Shown here one piece after another: positions 40,876 to 57,807 of a DNA stretch of 64,000 bases. How positions within the stretch are numbered: the stretch's first letter is position 1; each line of letters opens with the position of its first letter. Where the stretch lies: NCBI RefSeq assembly GCF_009914755.1, contig NC_060931.1; one strand, given 5' to 3'. The stretch comes from the human T2T-CHM13v2.0 reference genome, Homo sapiens. The position numbers were made by a program, and so were the translations under genes. The notes under the pieces were generated by a model, which was not told the origin of the DNA, searched no databases, and saw only the letters and a program-made list of their open reading frames with translations.

Positions 40876-42756
40876 CCAAGTGGTCACGGATGGCCTCCAC
40901 AAGCAGGTGACATTTGATCTAAGACCTGAAGGAAAAGGAGACAGCCAGTTAACAGGCAAGAGTAGGAGGAAAATATTTCTGACAAGAGGGAACAACATGT
41001 GCAAAGATTATTAAGCAGGGAGAAGCTTGAGGAGTTGAAGGGCTTATAAGGAGCTAAGTTGTGGCAGGAGCAATGTGGCAAGGGGAGAGTGGCCTGTGAT
41101 GAGGTCAGGAGGCAGGCGGGTGGGGACAACAGAAAAATATTGGGTACAGATTTAGGGACCCATTCAACTGTAGTCTTCTAGAGGGCAGAGATCCCAAAAG
41201 TCTTGTTCACCACTGTCCCCTGTCCCCCTGACCTTCCCTCCAACCCCCTATGCCTAACATACCAATTGACCAATGACCAATTGGGCTTCTCAGACAAGTA
41301 CTGTGAAATTTATTTCATTTATGGCACAAAGTTAGTGATTCCTAGCACATACATTATACTCAAAGAGCAAACCTCAGACATGGACACAAACTTGAGTGTT
41401 CTACTAGACCTGAAGATGTGGAGCTACTCAGGGAAAGGCAAAAAGCACTGACCAGAGTTACCTTTCAGTGCATAAAGGGTTAATTTTCAATTATCTGATT
41501 AGCTGCACCTTTCAGCTATCTGGCGGAGAATTACTGTTCCTTGCACCCTCCAGATAAGTGAAATGTTACTTTTCATGTGACTCAGCACACAAGGGGAATG
41601 AGGGATATTAACTACTCCTGACAGTGTTTTCAAAATTGTCCTTGGGGACATCTAAATGGTCCATGCTGGTCCCTGTGATTCTCAGAAGTGAAAGGATTTT
41701 AATACTCAGGAGAATAAAAGAATATAAAAGAATAACATATCTATGAATGCCTTCCACCCACATGCTTTTAACAGATTCTTGCTAATAAAAAAGACCCTGA
41801 AGGCACTGTGACTCGGCCCATAATCCTTCACTCTTAGACTGACAGACCCATCAGAAGTTGACATGTGCATATATTTCTACTCCTGAGATATAAACTGGCT
41901 TCTATGAGCAGGGAGTGGGACTTGATTTATGGAGAGGCATAGAAACTTAGGGACACAATTTAAAAGTAATTAACATGGAAAGCCAATCTTAGCAAAAGAC
42001 TCTCAAACTGCTTATGTGCTGCCAGTACCGCCATGGAAACAGGTGGACTCTCACACGTAGAGCTATGTGGCTTCCCTGCTGCCTTAGCTAAATGTAAATG
42101 AAGAAATGAAAATTGTTCTCCTCAATGGGATTTAGGAAGCACTTGGGAATTTTAATGAAAGCATTGAAAGGAAAGAGTGCTGAGTCCTTGAAAACAGCTC
42201 CCATCAAGTCAATTAAGACCATGTTAGAAACCATTCTGCCTTCACTATGGGCAGAGCCAACAGAGACTTCTGAATCAATGAGTCTCTTTTTAAGAAATAT
42301 TTCATTTAATACTTTCCCTCCCCTACCTAGGCATAAAGAGCATTTGTGAAAATCAGTCCCATTCTCACCCATTCATATAACATAGCAGAAGTACCCACTG
42401 CATCCTGCCCTGAAATCAGACTTATTTGCCATGGAGTTTCCTACTGATAACTGGATATTTCCTATACTCCTATTCTACACAGAATTCAACCTATCAGAAT
42501 CTAATCACTCTGCCAGATCAATGCTCAGCAATTCCTAAGGATGCTGCTATTACCTGGGACTTTTGACCACTTTTTCTCTTCATTTATTGCCAGATTCATC
42601 ATCTCAAACAATGAGGTGGAATTAGTTGGTTAAGAGAGGAAATTTTAATGCATGACCTTTTCAAACCCCTCTGCCTTCCATAGTGAAATCTAACTTGGTT
42701 AAGGATTTATTGATAGAGGGCTGGTCATTGACTGCTGGTAACCTCAGGAGATTTAT

Positions 42757-43260
42757 TTAATAACCATGGCTTTTAGAAGCAACATTCATATCAAAATGAA
42801 AATGTGGAGAAAAATTCAGAAGACAGCCAAATAGGAACAGCTCCGGTCTACAGCTCCCAGAGTGAGCGACGCAGAAGATGGGTGATTTCTGCATTTCCAT
42901 CTGAGGTACCAGGTTCATCTCACTAGGGAGTGCCAGATAGTGGGTGCAGGACAGTGGGTGCAGCGCACCATGCGCGAGCCAAAGCAGGGCGAGGCATTGC
43001 CTCACTCCAGAAGTGCAAGGGGTCAGGGAGTTCCCTTTCCTAGTCAAAGAAAGGGGTGACAGACGGCACCTGGAAAATCGGGTCACTCCCACCCTAATAA
43101 TGCGCTTTTCCGACGGGCTTAAAAAACGGTGCACCAGGAGATTATATCCCGCACATGGCTCTGAGGGTCCTACGCCCACGGAGTCTCGCTGATTGCTAGC
43201 ACAGCAGTCTGAGATCAAACTGCAAGGTGGCAGCGAGGCTGGGGGAGGGGCGCCCGCCAT
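42757..43260 (-). CDS. L1 antisense ORF0-like ORF, open 167 aa and running out of the element into flank
   Basis: MAGAPPPASLPPCSLISDCCASNQRDSVGVGPSEP... matches the primate L1 ORF0 start. ATG at 43260 in GCAATGG context; no stop until 42759-42757. Expression is not shown. Confidence 0.55.
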   Translation of the reverse strand: MAGAPPPASLPPCSLISDCCASNQRDSVGVGPSEPCAGYNLLVHRFLSPSEKRIIRVGVTRFSRCRLSPLSLTRKGNSLTPCTSGVRQCLALLWLAHGALHPLSCTHYLALPSEMNLVPQMEMQKSPIFCVAHSGSCRPELFLFGCLLNFSPHFHFDMNVASKSHGY

Positions 43261-43831
43261 TGCCCAGGCTTGCTTAGGTAAACAAAGCAGCCGGGAAGCT
43301 CGAACTGGGTGGAGCCCACCACAGCTCAAGGAGGCCTGCCTGCCTCTGTAGGCTCCACCTCTGGGGACAGGGCACAGACAAACAAAAAGACAGCAGTAAA
43401 CTCTGCAGACTTAAATGTCCCTGTCTGACAGCTTTGAAGAGAGCAGCATGCAGCTGGAGATCTGAGAACGGGCAGACTGCCTCCTCAAGTGGGTCCCTGA
43501 CCCCTGACCCCTGAGCAGCCTAACTGGGAGGCACCCCCCAGTAGGGGCAGACTGACACCTCACACGGCTGGGTACTCCTCTGAGACAAAACTTCCAGAGG
43601 AACCATCGGACAGCAGCATTCGCGGTTCACCAAAATCCACTGTTCTGCAGCCACCGCTACTGATACCCAGGCAAACAGCGTCTGAAGTGGACCTCTAGCA
43701 AACTCCAGCAGACCTGCAGCTGAGGGTCCTGTCTATTAGAAGGAAAACTAACAAACAGAAAGGACATCCACACCAAAAACCCATCTGTACATCACCATCA
43801 TCAAAGACCAAAAGTAGATAAAACCACAAAG

Positions 43832-44846
43832 ATGGGGAAAAAACAGAGCAGAAAAACTGGAAACTCTAAAAAGCAGAGCACCTCTCCTCCTCCAAAGGAA
43901 CGCAGTTCCTCACCAGCAATGGAACAAAGCTGGACGGAGAATGACTTTGACGAGTTGAGAGAAGAAGGCTTCAGACGATCAAACTACTCTGAGCTACAGG
44001 AGGAAATTCAAACCAAAGGCAAAGAAGTTAAAAACTTTGAAAAAAATTTAGACGAATGTATAACTAGAATAACCAATACAGAGAAGTGCTTAAAGGAGGA
44101 TGAAGCTGAAAGCCAAGGCTTGAGAACTACGTGAAGAATGCAGAAGCCTCAGGAGCCAATGCGATCAACTGGAAGAAAGGGTATCAGTGATGGAAGATGA
44201 AATGAATGAAATGAAGTGAGAAGGGAAGTTTACAGAAAAAAGAATAAAAAGAAATGAACAAAGCCTCCAAGAAATATGGGACTATGTGAAAAGATCAAAC
44301 CTACGTCTGATTGGTGTACCTGAAAGTGACAGGGAGAATGGAACCAAGTTGGAAAACACTCTGCAGGATATTATCCAGGAGAACTTCCCCAGTCTAGCAA
44401 GGCAGGCCAACACTCAGATTCAGGAAATACAGAGAATGCCACAAAGATACTCCTCGAGAAGAGCAACTCCAAGACACATAATTGTCAGATTCACCAAAGT
44501 TGAAATGAAGCAAAAAATGTTAAGGGCAGCCAGAGAGAAAGGTCGGATTACCCACAAAGGGAAGCCCATCAGACTAACAGCAGATCTCTCTGCAGAATCT
44601 CTACAAGCCAGAAGAGAGTGGGGTCCAATATTCAACATTCTTAAAGAAAATAATTTTCAACCCAGAATTTCATATCCAGCCAAACTAAGCTTCATAAGTG
44701 AAGGAGAAATAAAATACTTTACAGACAAGCAAATGCTGAGAGATTTGGTCACCACCAGGCCTGCCCTAAAAGAGCTCCTAAAGGAAGCACTAAACATGGA
44801 AAGGAAAAACCGGTACCAGCTGCTGCAAAATCATGCCAAAATGTAA
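43832..44846 (+). pseudogene. L1 ORF1p, disrupted
   Basis: MGKKQSRKTGNSKKQS... start and ...LLQNHAKM end. Small frameshifting deletion near 44098 and an in-frame TGA (CGA>TGA) near 44217. Confidence 0.93.
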
Positions 44847-44894
44847 AGACCATCGAGACTAGGAAGAAACTACATCAACTAACGAGCAAAATAA

Positions 44895-48732
<3,838 letters not shown>

Positions 48733-51700
48733 ACAATGAAAACACATGGACACAGGAAGGGGAACATCACACTCTAGGGACTGTTGTGGGGTGGTGGGAG
48801 GGGGGAGGGATAGCATTAGGAGATATACCTAATGCTAAATGACGAGTTAATGGGTGCAGCACACCAGCATGGCACATGTATACATATGTAACAAACCTGC
48901 ACATTGTGCACATGTACCCTAAAACTTAAAGTATAATAATAATAAAATAAAAAAATAAAAAATAAAAAAAAGAAAATGTGTTTATGTCAAAATATTGGCA
49001 GGAAAACTTACATCATTCAATTTTATTATAAATTTGAATAGCATTTCAATGATAGCCTACCTTCCACCATTACTGTCTCGCACTGGAAACCACTACTAAT
49101 AAATGCATCATCATAAATCACTTAAAACATGAAGAAAAAAAGGAAGAAAAAAAGCTCCTAAAAAAAGCTGCAGAACATTTCAAGGCAAAAAGACTTCCGA
49201 AAATGTAGTGATTGGACTTTTTTTTAATACCAGTTAAGCAGGTGTTTAAATTTAAGAGTTTATCAGAGTTTGCTCTTCAAAAGTACACTTGAAGGCATGA
49301 TTCTGGGCACCTTGGTAACAGCCTCACACCGAATCCTTTTGTGCTGCCTGAAATACAGATCTGCTGGCTGAGCCCACCTCGCTTGGCAACCGCAAGTATT
49401 TGGGGCCGGGCCTTTCTAATCTGCCTAGTCCGCCAAGGCGGCCGGAGCCCTGCAGTGGTGAGGAGGCCCCATTTGGCCGAGCTGCTGCTAAGCACGGTGC
49501 CAAATCAATATCCCATCAGACGACGCTTTGCTGGCAACAATTGCAATTGATGGCGCTCGCAAGGCTGTGTGATGTCGCTGGGTGTTTGCAAAGCAGAGGA
49601 AAATCCCTCTATGCACAAGCGGTTCTGACCTCACTCCAGTGAGCCACTCGCCTGTCTTTAGTGACAGGCTCACTCCAGTGAGCCACCCGTGAAATGGTTC
49701 AGGAAAGAAGCAGTGCGGAGAAGAGGCTGCAAGGAAATAACCTACGGGGATGACCAGATGTGACTCATGCTGTTCACCTTTGAAGGGAAGGAACATTTTG
49801 GAGCGGGGTGGCACTCTAACTTGCCTCCAAGGGACAGAAGAGAGAATACCCTTCTTGCTCTCAGCAGGCAAGGACTGTGCAATGCACCTGAAAGAAAACA
49901 GCCAACATCAATAATGCACTGGGACCCATGGCTGACATATTTTTCAGCTATCTGAGTAATTGAACAGTTGCCAAAATATAGCTCTCAAACGCCATGTGTG
50001 GACAGAGCCATCACTGATACTGAAAGGGCAGGTTTAACCCTGGATGGTATCCAGAGGGCATATCGCAAAGTCTCTTCTTTCCCTAAACATAAATACTGCT
50101 ACCAACACATGCAGTAGTAGTAATAGAAGTATAGTACTATTTATTTTTGGTATGTTGTATGTACTATTTTTTTTACAAGCATGATATCCTAGAAAATCCT
50201 CACATTGAAGCTTTAAGTAACTCAATCAAGGTCATATAGTAGGTAGTAGAAGTGGATTTGAACTAAAGCCTGTCATTGACCTACAGAACCCTGGGGCCTC
50301 TCAGAAGTAGGTATTTTGGTGTGAGTTGAGAGGCTAGCTCTGTGTCTGATCAACAAACAGCCCTCTGACTCAAAGCCCTCTGACAATGGTACTATGATTT
50401 TGCAATTACCAACCACGTCAAGCTATCTTTAAGCAGCTTTAAAGATTTGAGAATGAGGAGACAAAGCAGAGAGGAAACCACTAGTCGAAGGCTACAAGTG
50501 CAGACACTGGCAATGCTGAAACAAAAAGGAACCCGCAGTTCTCGTGATAGGAACTGCTTCAATCATTCATTTGAGGGTCTGCACGGCCATGCTATAATGG
50601 TTCCCGAGACCTCAGGGAGTGCATACTGCACAGCTTTTACAGGGAGGCAATGCTGTATTCACAAGAGTTTCCACTGAAAAAAGAAAATGTCCAAGCATGC
50701 TGAGCAATGTGTGGAATATTGGAAGCAGAGTCAGGGACCCCAGATAAGAAACCTACAAATCACATATCTGGGAAACTCTCTATCACCACAATCCATTTTC
50801 TTGTTTTTGCCTCAACAGCATTTTTCCTTCTCTCCACAAGGAGTCAAGAGACCACAGTAAAAATGTTACTTGCCTGCTTCACTAAGGCAGGACAAAAATA
50901 GTTTCTTGGTACCATTTTCTTGTCTTTTAAACTTATCCTATTCCTTTTATCTAGTTTTTATTTCTTGCATCTAGCAACAGATGCAAGAAATCAAAAGAAA
51001 ATGTTTTCCTGATACAATGCATGGAAATGAAGACAAGGGAGCTTGGATTAAATACTACACAGCTGAAAATAATGCATGGAGCTAAGTGAGCCAGCAGCCT
51101 TACTGTTAATAACATAAATAAAAAAATAGTAAAATAACAACACTCCTACATTTATCTCCCTTCTTTTCACAGGCTTCCCAAATCAGAGCATAGAATTATG
51201 CTGAGTGCCTAAAGGGCTCTGCCCTCTGTGATCTGTACTCACCCTAGATTAATGAGGCATTCCTAACACCTGTGCTGACATTTCTTATGCTGCCTTCCCA
51301 GCCATCTCAGGGGTGGTTTTATCTACATGGGAGCAAGCCTCTAAATTCCAGCAGTACCAGGGACTTAGAAGGCAATGACCTTGACATGCGCGGGCTTTCT
51401 TCTCACCACCCAGGAAGCAGGGGCCTCAGCACCAATATCAGCCAAAAACCATCTTCCACTCTGGAATTAATCATTATTTCAGAGTTTCCACTTCAAATCG
51501 TTGTTTTAGGAAAACCCAGATAGCAGACCAATAATGGAGTTTGGGAAAGGAAACCCCACGGTTTGGATCAAGGATGGATCAAGGATGCCCTTTTAGATGT
51601 CCTTGGATGGATGTATCAAGGACACCCTTTAAGAATCTGATAAAAGTTACAAACTTTGTCTCTACCTATTTGAACAAAATAGGTTATACTATGATTTGCA

Positions 51701-52199
51701 TATATTTTAGGAGGCTCTTGGACCCTCCTGGAGACCATCCAAAAGCTGCCTTCCCCAAAAATCCTGCTGCAGTTCAATGACGTGCAAGCCAGCACATATG
51801 TGTGCATGCGATGTGTGTGTTAACCTAGTTTGCTCTTTTTAGCATTACAAGAAAATGGCATAAACTAAAAGGGGCCAGATAACTAACAGAGATATATTCA
51901 AGTTCTTCAGAAAGGGAACTATTTAATGAGCACCAAATATATGCCTTGTTTTCTACCAGGCATGTTATATGTGTTCTTGCATTACATCCTCTTTACAGCT
52001 GCATAACAGCAAGGACTGTGCCTTTCATATTCACCTATCTCCAATGCCTTTCATAGCAGTAGTGCTTATTGAATACTCCTTGAATGAATTAATTATTAGT
52101 ATTTCATAGATGAGGAAACTGAGCCTCTGGATGGTTAAGTAACTTATACAAATCAGACAGGGAATAAATGGGAGAGATGGAATTTGAACTCAAGTCTTT

Positions 52200-52960
52200 C
52201 TGTGCAACTTTCCCCTGTGCTTCAATGAACTTTAGATGTAATCTTCTCTGAGACTAAATAAAAGACATGAACATAATAGGTAACCAAATAATGTGCTACA
52301 TTGGCGACCAGAGCTGTGGGAAAAAATGCAAAGTAAGGTCAGGGACTTGGAGTATATGGAGCAGGAAGGACACATTGCAATATTCATCAGGGTGGTTAGA
52401 GTTGGCCTCATCAAGAAGGTGAGATGGGAGCCAAGCCTCAAAGAAGGTGAGCAAGTGAGCAGAAGAGTAAGTCAGGAAGGGGCAACAGCCGGATCATTAG
52501 AGGCTGGCATAGGAACCAGCCTCAAATGCAGAAGTATGGCTGGTGGTTCAAGAAGCAAGGTGGCTAATGTAGGTGGAGTTGGAAGAGCCAGTGGAGAGTA
52601 ATAAGAAATGACGCTGGAGAGAAAATGGAGGCTAAGCAAAAACCATTACCTCTCCAGTCACTGCAAAGGCATGGGCTTTTACTCAGAGTGAAATGAGGAC
52701 TCATTGCAAGACTTGGAGCAGAGCAGGTACATGATGTGACTTCCGTTTATAAAAACCACTGTGGCTGCTGGGTTGAGAATAGACCATGATAGGGGCAAGG
52801 GCAGGAAGGGAAAGTCCAGGTAAGAGGCTACATCTAGTTCCCAGGCAAAAGATGGTGGTGGCTCAGTCAGGCGGTAGCCATGGAAACAGAGAGAAGTATA
52901 TTCTGGATACGTGAGAGAAGAGTAGACTTACAGATGACTCCAAGGTTTTTGGCCCAAGGA
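52200..52960 (-). mobile_element. L2 fragment
   Basis: ggctttactcagagtgaaatgagg...accactgtggctgctgggttgagaataga...gatgactccaaggtttttggcc, typical L2 ORF2 remnants. Confidence 0.65.
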
Positions 52961-53922
52961 ACAAAACCAACATATGTTCAGGCTCATCCCTATGTTCTAA
53001 GAGGGCAGAAGCCTGAGGGCTGATTCCCAAGGCTCCAAGGCCAATCTGAGAGAAACAATAAGATGTTTTGCCATTTCCAAAGATGTTTCCTTTTGTTCAT
53101 GAGAGAGAGAGAGAGAGAGAGACTTACTCTGTGTAGCCTGTTAGAAAAAGAGGAAGGAAAGAGTTCCTTAAAGAGCATGTTTTTCACTGGATTTGAGTTT
53201 TGTGAGTAAAGTGTGTGCTTTGAAATGTTCCCTCCCTTCATGTCGGAGGCTGCATAATCTTCTCTCCTGCACTACTGGATGCTGGGTTACCTGGACCTAG
53301 CCCTGCTGGTCACTAAACCCTGGGGCCTCAAACAGCTTTCTAAAGCTAGGAGCTCTGGGCAGATGCTGACTTCCCAGTGACCCAAATCTGACACCAAGAT
53401 TGAGAGGCCAGGGCTCCTCTCTCCTGTCCCCCGACCTCTACATAAAAAACACAGGCATTTCTGGCTAGCCTAGGCTGCCAGGAACATGTTGAGCCATCAG
53501 CTCTGAACACAATCAAGAGTGAATCTGGAGGTCCCTTCCAGATCCCACTGCTCAGCCAGGAAGATAGTCTATGGGAGGTTAAAGCAGAAATTACCAAAGG
53601 TTTTTACAGAGGATAAGTCTCCCACTTACTTGCTTTCAGGGCTTGCCTTTTAAAATACTAAAATGGAAAAGCCAAGATGGCACAAAAACTATAGTTTTGT
53701 AAGGAAAAAAATGTATTGCACATCCACTGTGTGCAAGGCACTATGTTGAGTATTCTTACCAGCACTGTCTTGCTGAATCTACACAACTTGTAGTTGTGAA
53801 TTCAGCATTATTACTTTTTTTTTCCTAAGGAAAGTTTAGAAAGGCAAGCAATTGGCCCAAAGTGATCCACTAGTCAGTACAGATGTCTAACTTCAAACTA
53901 CAGCTTTCACCACAGCTGTCTC

Positions 53923-54029
53923 TAAGGTGACAGGCTATCCTGTCTGCTGGGGACTAAGAGGGTTCATGGGATTTTCAGGTTTAAATGCAAGAAAGTCTCT
54001 GGCAAACCAGAACAAGACGATCACCCTAT
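53923..54029. mobile_element. MER94/MER81-like hAT-Blackjack MITE
   Basis: Termini taaggtgac... / ...gatcacccta resemble the TAGGGTGACC TIR. Confidence 0.55.
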
Positions 54030-57000
54030 CTGTCTCATTAAACTAAAGTATGCACATAGAAAGTGCAGTCATTTCAAGAATACATAGAAGGGTAGGTAGA
54101 ATGACTGCCTAGAGGGTTTACCTTTCAGAAGAGCAAGCTCTTTCCCACCTAGTTAATGGCCAGTCTTCTGCAGTCACAAGAGTGGAGTCCTTGGTGAGAA
54201 TTTACTGCAGAGCATTAATCCCCATTTTCCCAAACATTCAACCCCACACCAGGATCACCTCTTCCAGCTGACTCTCAAAGCAAGCTTGTCACTTGTGTTT
54301 CCAAAATCCCATTCCCTTTTGCATCTGTTTGCTGCAAAATGTCAACTGCATCTCCTGCTTTGGTCATTGTAATTTATACTGCTGACTCATTTACCCAAGG
54401 ACTCTGGCCCAGTATCTTGTTGAGGGAATGTCAATGAATTCAGTGGCTTGGGATAAGATTCAACTGCTTAGAAATGTGGTGTTACTTCTCCGGAGCCTGG
54501 GTTGCACCATTTGCTGGCCCTGCTCATGCATTCCTCCCACAAACACTTATGCCAACATTGGGCCAGGCCTGGGGCTGTTATCTTTACATGACTTTGTCAT
54601 TTGGCAAAGAGCCCTGTCTTCAAGGAGTCTCATTGGCATGGTTCAAAGAAACTAGTTGCAAAAAATAAGCCAAAACAGTTGAAGTGTTGCCATGGACCCT
54701 GTGGCTTTGAGCAGCTAGCCCAGCTGTGCCAGGGGCCAGAACCCCTCGCTGAAAGCTGCTGTGTGCTCTGGGACAGTGCTGGCAAGGAGAGCTCTTTATC
54801 AGATGGGCCCTCTCTACACTTCTCTCCACAGGCCAGGAGCACAGGAAGGAACAACCCTCTGGATCACCTCTCAATCTCAGGGATAATACCCAAAAGGGAG
54901 AGAAGGTTGAATGCGTCACTGACCCAGGAATAGATGGTAAAGGGCTCCTCCTTCTCCAGCAGGAATGTGTGAGCCACTCTGCCTATCACTGTCTTACTCT
55001 CGCAAGTGTCCCCCATGGCATAGGTGTGCTGGTAAATGTCTAACAACTGGCTCTCAAGATTGGAAGTGGGGGAAGAAACTCTTATTTGTAGCATTTACTG
55101 ATACCTGTGGCCCACTGTAGCCAATTCCAAGCTACCAACATGATGGCACTGAATACAGAGTAGGGAAGAGATGCCACAAAGAGTAAGGAAAAGATGCTGT
55201 CCTCTCCAGAGCTGCCTCCAGCCCACCTCCTCTCAAAAACCCACACCAAGAACTCAACCCCTTATCTTTAGTCACACTATCTTCTGATTATTGAATGAGG
55301 GAGGAGGGAAATTTTGTGCTTGTAAAAACATGAGGAAGCACATGATATTTTGCTTGACTGTAGCGGAGGGTATGTGGATTTTTACTACTTTAAGTACTTT
55401 CTCCCTTTACTGCTAAACAAGTTCACATATATGATTTCAGAGCAACTTGACAAACTGCTGTGAAAGAGAAGCAGCAGTTATTGTTGAACAGATAAGCAAA
55501 CAGCCTCAGAGAGTGGCTAAGAGAGTGCCAACCAAACAACTAAATCTGAGTCCCAAGCTCTATCATTATTTCTTTACTCGTTTGTGCAAGGACCGCCCTC
55601 ATCTCCCTAAGGAAGAGTCCAGCGGTCCATTCAGCAGTGAGTTCGTGATGATGGGCTCCCAGTTTTAAGGCTTTCAGTGGTTTCCTATTACTCATAGGAT
55701 GAAGTCCCAGATACATAGCATGGCACAAAGGCTGTCTTTGCCTTGACCCCCACCTTCTCTCCAGCTCCATCTCTTGTTTTGCCCATCTCCTCACCAGCCC
55801 TGCAAACTTGTCTAACCTCCAACCACACTGCTTGGAGTTCACTTAGCATGAGCAGCTCCTTCACAGCTCTGGCCTCTAGCTATACCTTCCTCTTCCCCAC
55901 TATTTGGAACACTCCTCCTTGTGCCCTCTCCCAGCCCCTGCTAAGATCTGCATATCTTTCCACTAATTTATGGTCCTTATTTCTATAGAAAGTAATGTGC
56001 CCCTCTAGACTATAAATCAACTCCTTGAAGGCCAAGGTCAGACTCAATGTGTCCTCTAGAATATATAGGAAATTTATAATAAATGCTTGCTGAATCATTC
56101 TATTTCATTACAAAAAAAACAGCCTTGCTTCTCAAAAACAATGTTCCATGCTCAGCTTGCCTGAAGACTGAAAATCTTGGGAAAGCAACCAGACATCCCA
56201 TCAGTGGCATTTCCGATGAGGGGCAGACCCTTGTCAGAGGGAAAAACAGTGTGAAGTCAGACAACAATCAGGTTATGTGCCCATGACAGGCAGATCCAGC
56301 ACCCTTCCATGGCCGGACATGGACTCCTGCCTTAATCCTCAGTCCCTTCCTTCCAGACAATGGCATTTGAGATGTGTCACACTTAGCAGCCTTCCTTGCT
56401 AAAACTGGTTCACCCTTTGCTACTGTCTCAGTTGCAGCTGCAGAGGTATATGGGTTGGCCAGAATCATACCAGCCCTAACCTGGGCCAAGGGAATGCCAA
56501 GAGGGACACACGGTTCTTATTATATTTCTCCAGCCCACTTTGGGCCTCAAATATATGTGTGGCTTTTCTTCATCCTTTCAATATACCAAATATGCTGCTT
56601 CTAGCATGTGCAATCTTCATCAGTTTAGTTTACAGAATTAGAAAGCTGCTGCTGGGGGTGCTTCTCTGTTTCCTGAACTTGAGAAACAGGGTGCCTCACA
56701 CATTGACTATCCTTACGCGATGTGAATATACTGTCCAGGCCTTTACCCCAAACTAGACCTAACTGAACACTGCCTGCAGAATAGGCAGTCGACTTACAGA
56801 ATGATGTGAGGTCCCCCACATCTAGCTCCTCTCCAGTCTCAACAGGTGCCAAGTCCCAACATCGACCCCATGCTTAGGCCAATATTTCCCATAATATTAT
56901 GTTGCATATAATTAGTCATTGGCATCACAAACATGGCCTTTGCTCAAATAAGTTATAGAAATGCTGAGTTACAAAATATTAAGATGGTACCTTTGCTACA

Positions 57001-57708
57001 TGACATCTGAGAGCTTTAACTTACTACAGCATATTATGAACCTCCAAAATAGGGTACAGCAGGCAGTGTTTCCAAGACTTCATGGACCATGGAAAACTCT
57101 ACTCAGCCCTGCCTTTTATGGATCATCTTGAAGCATTGATGTGCTCCCAGTATAACTTTGGGAACTGCACTCTACCTTCATGCTCATTCATTCACTAAGC
57201 AGGCAGTGTACTTCAACCAAAGCCGGGGAGAGGAAGAACTAGTGCGTTTTGGAAAATGTTTCTTAAAGCCCACGTCAGAGGGTGAAGTCAGACAACAGAA
57301 TGCTAAACAGAAAATCTTAAAGTATCTCCAAAACAAACTTTTTAAATCTTCAGTTGTAGGGCCATAGGGTGCATAAAATGTCAAGAGAATAAACTGTTTA
57401 TTTCCCCTGACATCTTGTCAATCTTACCATGGTGGAAAGACTATAGGATTGGGAATTAGGTATACCTGGGTTCAAATCTTGGCTCTGCTCCTATTCATCA
57501 GTTCTAAATCTGTCTTGTGGGGCTGTATTAAGAATCAAATGAACACTATTACATAATAATAAGCAATTAAAACATGTCTTAAAATTATTGTGTTTCTATG
57601 GCATGGAAAACATCCCACTATGTCTTCTGCACATAACCTATGTTTTATTTATATAGAAGCAATTGTTCTACTGCAAGCTCTGGGGTATGTCCTGGTCCAG
57701 GACAAATT

Positions 57709-57752
57709 TGTATTAGTCAGGGTTCTGCAGAGAATCAGAACCAGTAGGGGAT

Positions 57753-57807
<55 letters not shown>

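Noticed and set aside
49630-49689. CRISPR-like repeat-spacer-repeat with palindromic repeats
   Set aside because: Only two units, an 18-nt spacer, primate genomic context and no cas genes; kept only as a local repeat finding.
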